Part shown: positions 59,761 through 64,000 of the stretch, one piece after another
Numbering within the stretch: the first letter of the stretch is position 1
Layout of the letters: each line of letters begins with the position of its first letter
NCBI GenBank assembly: GCA_051294375.1
Contig: CM119263.1
Span: 28,336,549 to 28,400,548, forward strand
Direction of reading: 5' to 3'
DNA: 64,000 bases
DNA from: Paraspadella gotoi
Lineage: Eukaryota > Animalia > Chaetognatha
Position numbers and translations under genes: made by a program
Notes under the pieces: model-generated
Databases searched by the model: none
Told to the model about the DNA's origin: nothing
Seen by the model: only the letters and a program-made list of their open reading frames with translations

Positions 59761-60699
59761 AATCTTTTTCAATAAAAAAACGAACGATCACGCAAGAATC
59801 ATACAGAGAGAGGGACAGACACACACAGCAGAGAGAGACAGAGAGAGAAACAGAGAGAGACGAACACAGAGAGAGAACAAGGCACCAATAGAAGAGACAG
59901 ATAGTAGAGAGACACCGCCAGAGGAGAGATACGCCGCTAAACAAATATATTTAGAATATGTGGATAGCAAAGAAACAATCTGTAGTGGTGTGATGAAGCA
60001 AGCCAATTGATATCTATTTTTAAATGAAATAAGACTAAAGTCTTTTGTTACATCTAGTTCAAAATGAGGTGAACCTAATCCTTTTCCGCATATTATTGAA
60101 GAATAATGAGATTGAAGGTATAGACTTTGCATGGTGAAATGAAAACTTTCGATTTAAAGCCTAACAGACTATTTTCAACTATAACTATTATATTATAATA
60201 TTGCTGCTGGTTAATCTGGGGCGTGGTGGCCCCCGCCGCCCGCCATCTCCACGCCCGCACCCAATGACTCCCTATCGTGCCACTCAACGAGGGGACAGGT
60301 GGGACCCTTGCGCAGGCAGAATGGCAAACGACTGCCTCTCCCTCTATGCCAGCACTACGCCCCTCCCTCCTGCGGACTGAGCGTTTCGCCCAAAGCGGAA
60401 GGCGTTCAGGATGCGAGGGAGAGAGTCCCGCTCCAATGACTTGTTCACAAAGTGCGAAAGATCTATGACGGAACGAGCCGCCCACCTCGGTCAGCAGGCG
60501 AGAAGAGCAGGGCAGCCGGCTTAGGGAGCGTATCAGGCATTACGAGACATTATAGTAGGTAGCCTGTGGGATTCTATTCCGCTAAGGGATCCTTCCCATC
60601 CCCGGCATTCACATCAGTTTCGGTCTACCTCTCAGCCACTGACACCCTGGACCCATGTCTTCATTCGATCTGTCCTTCATTGCATTTAAAACAGGCCAC

Positions 60700-61110
60700 T
60701 CATTAGCCTCTTCCTAATTTCACTTTAATCTCCTATTATCAACTAAAACCTAAAAAACTACTTCTATTTATGTACTACCACTAGCTATACTTATCACCTA
60801 TCTAATTGTGTTAATCTCCAGTTTAGTTTTTTTCAAAACTCCTTTATCTTTGTTGTACATTGCAAAATGTATCTTCATTATTTATTTATCTCTGGTTGTT
60901 TTTCTCCTTCTCTCTCTCTCTCCTTCTTCTCTCTCTCTTAACAAGTTTCACTTCTTTCACAAAACTCACTCCAATCTGGTCCATACTTCAAACCTGTCCT
61001 ACATCGACCACTATTCTGTCTCACCACTTTTTGAAACTTTTACCCCTCTCCTCTCTCTCTCTCTCTCTCTCTCTACCCTCCTACACTCCTTTCCACAAAA
61101 TTTATAAATC
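60700..61110 (+). mobile_element. Remnant of the Penelope-like family body without a recognisable hammerhead
   Basis: TTGTTGTACATTGC...TTTCACTTCTTTCACAA...CCTGTCCTACATCGACCACTAT matches 33607-33745 and the reverse complement of 25900-26090. Confidence 0.55.
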
Positions 61111-64000
61111 ACTACTGGAATGAATAAATAAGCCAAGCTAAACATTCCCCAACTACTAAATATGTATAAAATCCTTCCTTGAAAGCAAATTATATTATAT
61201 TATACTATATAATGATTTAATTTATATATATATGTTATAAACTATGACAAAGATTAAACTATTTTCACCATAATAATTTTTGACTTCCAAAATGATTTTT
61301 TACTGTATTCAATGAAAAAAAATTTTTATTTTCCTCATCTTTAAAAAATTTTTAATCTTGAATTAAGATTTAATTGGTTCGTTTTTTTAGGGAAGAAAAC
61401 CCGGACCGAGTGTCAAATTTTTATTTTGCATATTATAACTATAAATTTATAAATAGTTATCACAACTCAAAATGAATATTATTTAATATTAAGAAATGAT
61501 CTAACATATGACTAACATACTATAAACTAAAAAGTATTGTATAAATAAATAAAAGTACAAATTATCCAGGGAATTAACAAAAAAAGATAATGTTTAAATT
61601 TTATTGGAAACTCATATATGCTCTTCTTCTCAACTTCTCTTATTTCTATTATATTATTTGTCTTTTTTAATTAGTGGGTCCAAATCCTCTCTCTCTCTGG
61701 TCTCTCATAGTTTACTTTTATATAATATAATTTTATTTTGTATTTGCTTATATGTTGGCATTTTATTATATATCTTTCAGCAATTTTCTTTTAGTGTTCC
61801 TGCATTGATTTATATTTTTTTTTTTTTAGGTTCACTTATTAGTTTCTGATTTTATTATTGTGACATATTGTCTTAATTCGTCGATGTATAATAGTTATTT
61901 TTCTTTTTTTAATATATGTGATCCATCTAAAAATCTTCGGGTTTATTTTGGCTAAATATTGGGATTTGTTTATTGAGAATAAAAAGCCTCCGTAATAAAT
62001 GGCGATTTAATAAAAGTTTTTTAGAAGGAAAAAAATATAATTTATAATTTGTTCAAAAAAGATACGAATCACGCAAAACGCACGAGAGAGTAATCGACGA
62101 GCGAGAGAAGAGAGGACGAAGAAATTTCTAACAAGAATCTCCTGTGTATGAAATGATTGAGAGGCGAAGTAGAGAGAAAGATTTTCTGGAGAGGATGAGG
62201 AGAGATAAGACAGAGAGAGATGAGACTAAGAACGCGGAAAAAACGGGGTTTAAAAGATTAAATTAGGAATAATGTTCCTTGACATTGTTTACTCGTTGCC
62301 CTTGCAACGCACGAAATCCAGGGTAAAATAAGTGAAGGAAAAAAAAGCAAACGCGAAGATGAAAAGATGGTGGATAATAAATAAAAGTTTTTTGTAAAGG
62401 GAAAAAATATCAGGAGAGTAGCGGAGAGAAGATGCGTCGGAATGAGAGAGAAGGAGAGAAAGAAAAAATGAAAAACCGAATTTCTTTCCAATTATATCGG
62501 ATTTTCGTGGCCTCTCGCCAACGGAACCGCGGATCTCGGTCAAGTTTAATCCTTTATACCCCACCGTAACGTTTCCGTTTTGCCAATCAAAACGTCGTTT
62601 TTAGGTTCACTGTCCTTGACATTGTTTACTCGGGTGCCCTGCAACGGGCCGCCGCGTGGAAATCAGGTTCTAAGTAAGGTTATTCTTTACACATTTTCTG
62701 CAAAAATAAAATCCTACAGAATGAAATATCAAGGATATTAAATTTTGGATTTTGTTATTGGAAAAACAAATAAAAGGCGCGGAATAAATGCGATGTATGA
62801 CTGATTAAATATCGTGTATATTGAGAAGGGAAAATATCTAATAATGTTGAATGGATTTTTCAAAAAAACACGAAAGACGATCGATCGCCTCAAGAATCTA
62901 TAGAGAGAGGTAAGAGGATACAGAAAGAAAGGTAAGTTGAGGTGGAAGGACTGGAACCTCTTGTGTTAGAGAATAGTTTAAAAAAATTGATTTGTTCGAC
63001 CTTATTTTATTTAGTTTGAGTGAAAAAGAATGGAAAAAAGAGAAGAATGAATAACATCCAGAAGGTTGTAAGAAGAAGGAATTTGAATTGGCTTCGCGGC
63101 TTTCGCTATTCCCGAAGATAGTTTAAGACATCCGAGCAGATGTCGCGATAATAACGAGATGAGAGGAAAAGTATCGATTGTATATTATGGTGTTTTGCTG
63201 AGAGAGTGGAGTTGGAAATGAGGAAAAGAAGGCTGACAGAAAAAAATAGCCTTGAGAGAAGATCAGACGGCAGGTGGGCGCCGAGGCCGTGAAACTCGTA
63301 TCGATATAACTCGTATATAGCTCGTCGCCATCGTGACTGGAGTGACGGGGGTATAATAAGTATTTTTTGGGCGGGTTAGGTAAAAAAAAAATAAGTCACC
63401 TAATATAGATAGAATATTGAAGCATTGCTTTGTTAAAATCAGACCAATGCAAATATTGATATTAAGTGAAGAACAAAAAGAAATTCACATTTTCTTGTAA
63501 TTCAATAAAGAACTTATTAAGTAGAGATGTTTACAGTATAGAGTACAATTTAGCCGCTTTTTTACTAGGGCGTTCAGAATCAATTAAAAAGAATAATTTT
63601 AGTTAATTTCTTAGTGGGTGTGTCTCATGAGTTGAGATTTTTAAATTCATATTACAATTTTTGATCTTAGTTTGACACTCACCCGATAGCGAAATAGACT
63701 GTAGGCGAGGTCGTTTCAGCATGGTAAAGTAATTCTAGAAAATTGGTGACATCTTGGTATGTGTTGGCTCGAATATGATTATGGGAACTTAATTATAAGA
63801 CGGGAGAAGGAGAGGTACTATTCCCATCCCTTTATCTTATATTGCTTCAGAAAAGATGAATTAGAGGGAAAAAATCAGTTTTTTTTCTCAACCTGGCCTT
63901 TTCTTTAAGATTTCTTTTAAAATCAAAGGAGAGAGAAAGGAAGATTTGACCGAATGACAAAACTGGACTATGGCGAGAGAGAAGACTCGAGATTGTCAGT

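Overview
AT-rich, intron-rich, microsatellite-laden eukaryotic (probably invertebrate animal) DNA from an error-prone assembly with N gaps and homopolymer indels. I reconstructed three spliced + strand genes by hand. (1) A ~36 kb gene (2711-39147) for a type II membrane protein with a Gly-rich stem, an FkbM/Methyltransf_21-like domain and a catalytically degenerate NodB/polysaccharide-deacetylase-like domain; part of it is scrambled by an ~8 kb inverted duplication that is probably a mis-assembly. (2) A divergent DEG/ENaC channel (46120-48945). (3) A JHAMT-like class I SAM methyltransferase (55940-57354). The most interesting signal is non-coding and lies in the introns of gene 1. Two dissimilar miniature LTR-element families (an intact TRIM at 36347-37033 and a ~234-bp solo-LTR-like family) each carry a tRNA-like Pol III cassette followed by a predicted type-P5 twister ribozyme. 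The two ribozymes show covarying pseudoknot pairs, and each has a palindromic P1 that looks able to form only as a dimer. A Penelope-like family carrying minimal hammerhead ribozymes in inverted or fold-back arrangements is also present, with nested DINE/Helentron-like, Chapaev-like and Tc1/mariner-like non-autonomous elements. All ribozyme and domain calls were made by eye and need computational and biochemical confirmation.
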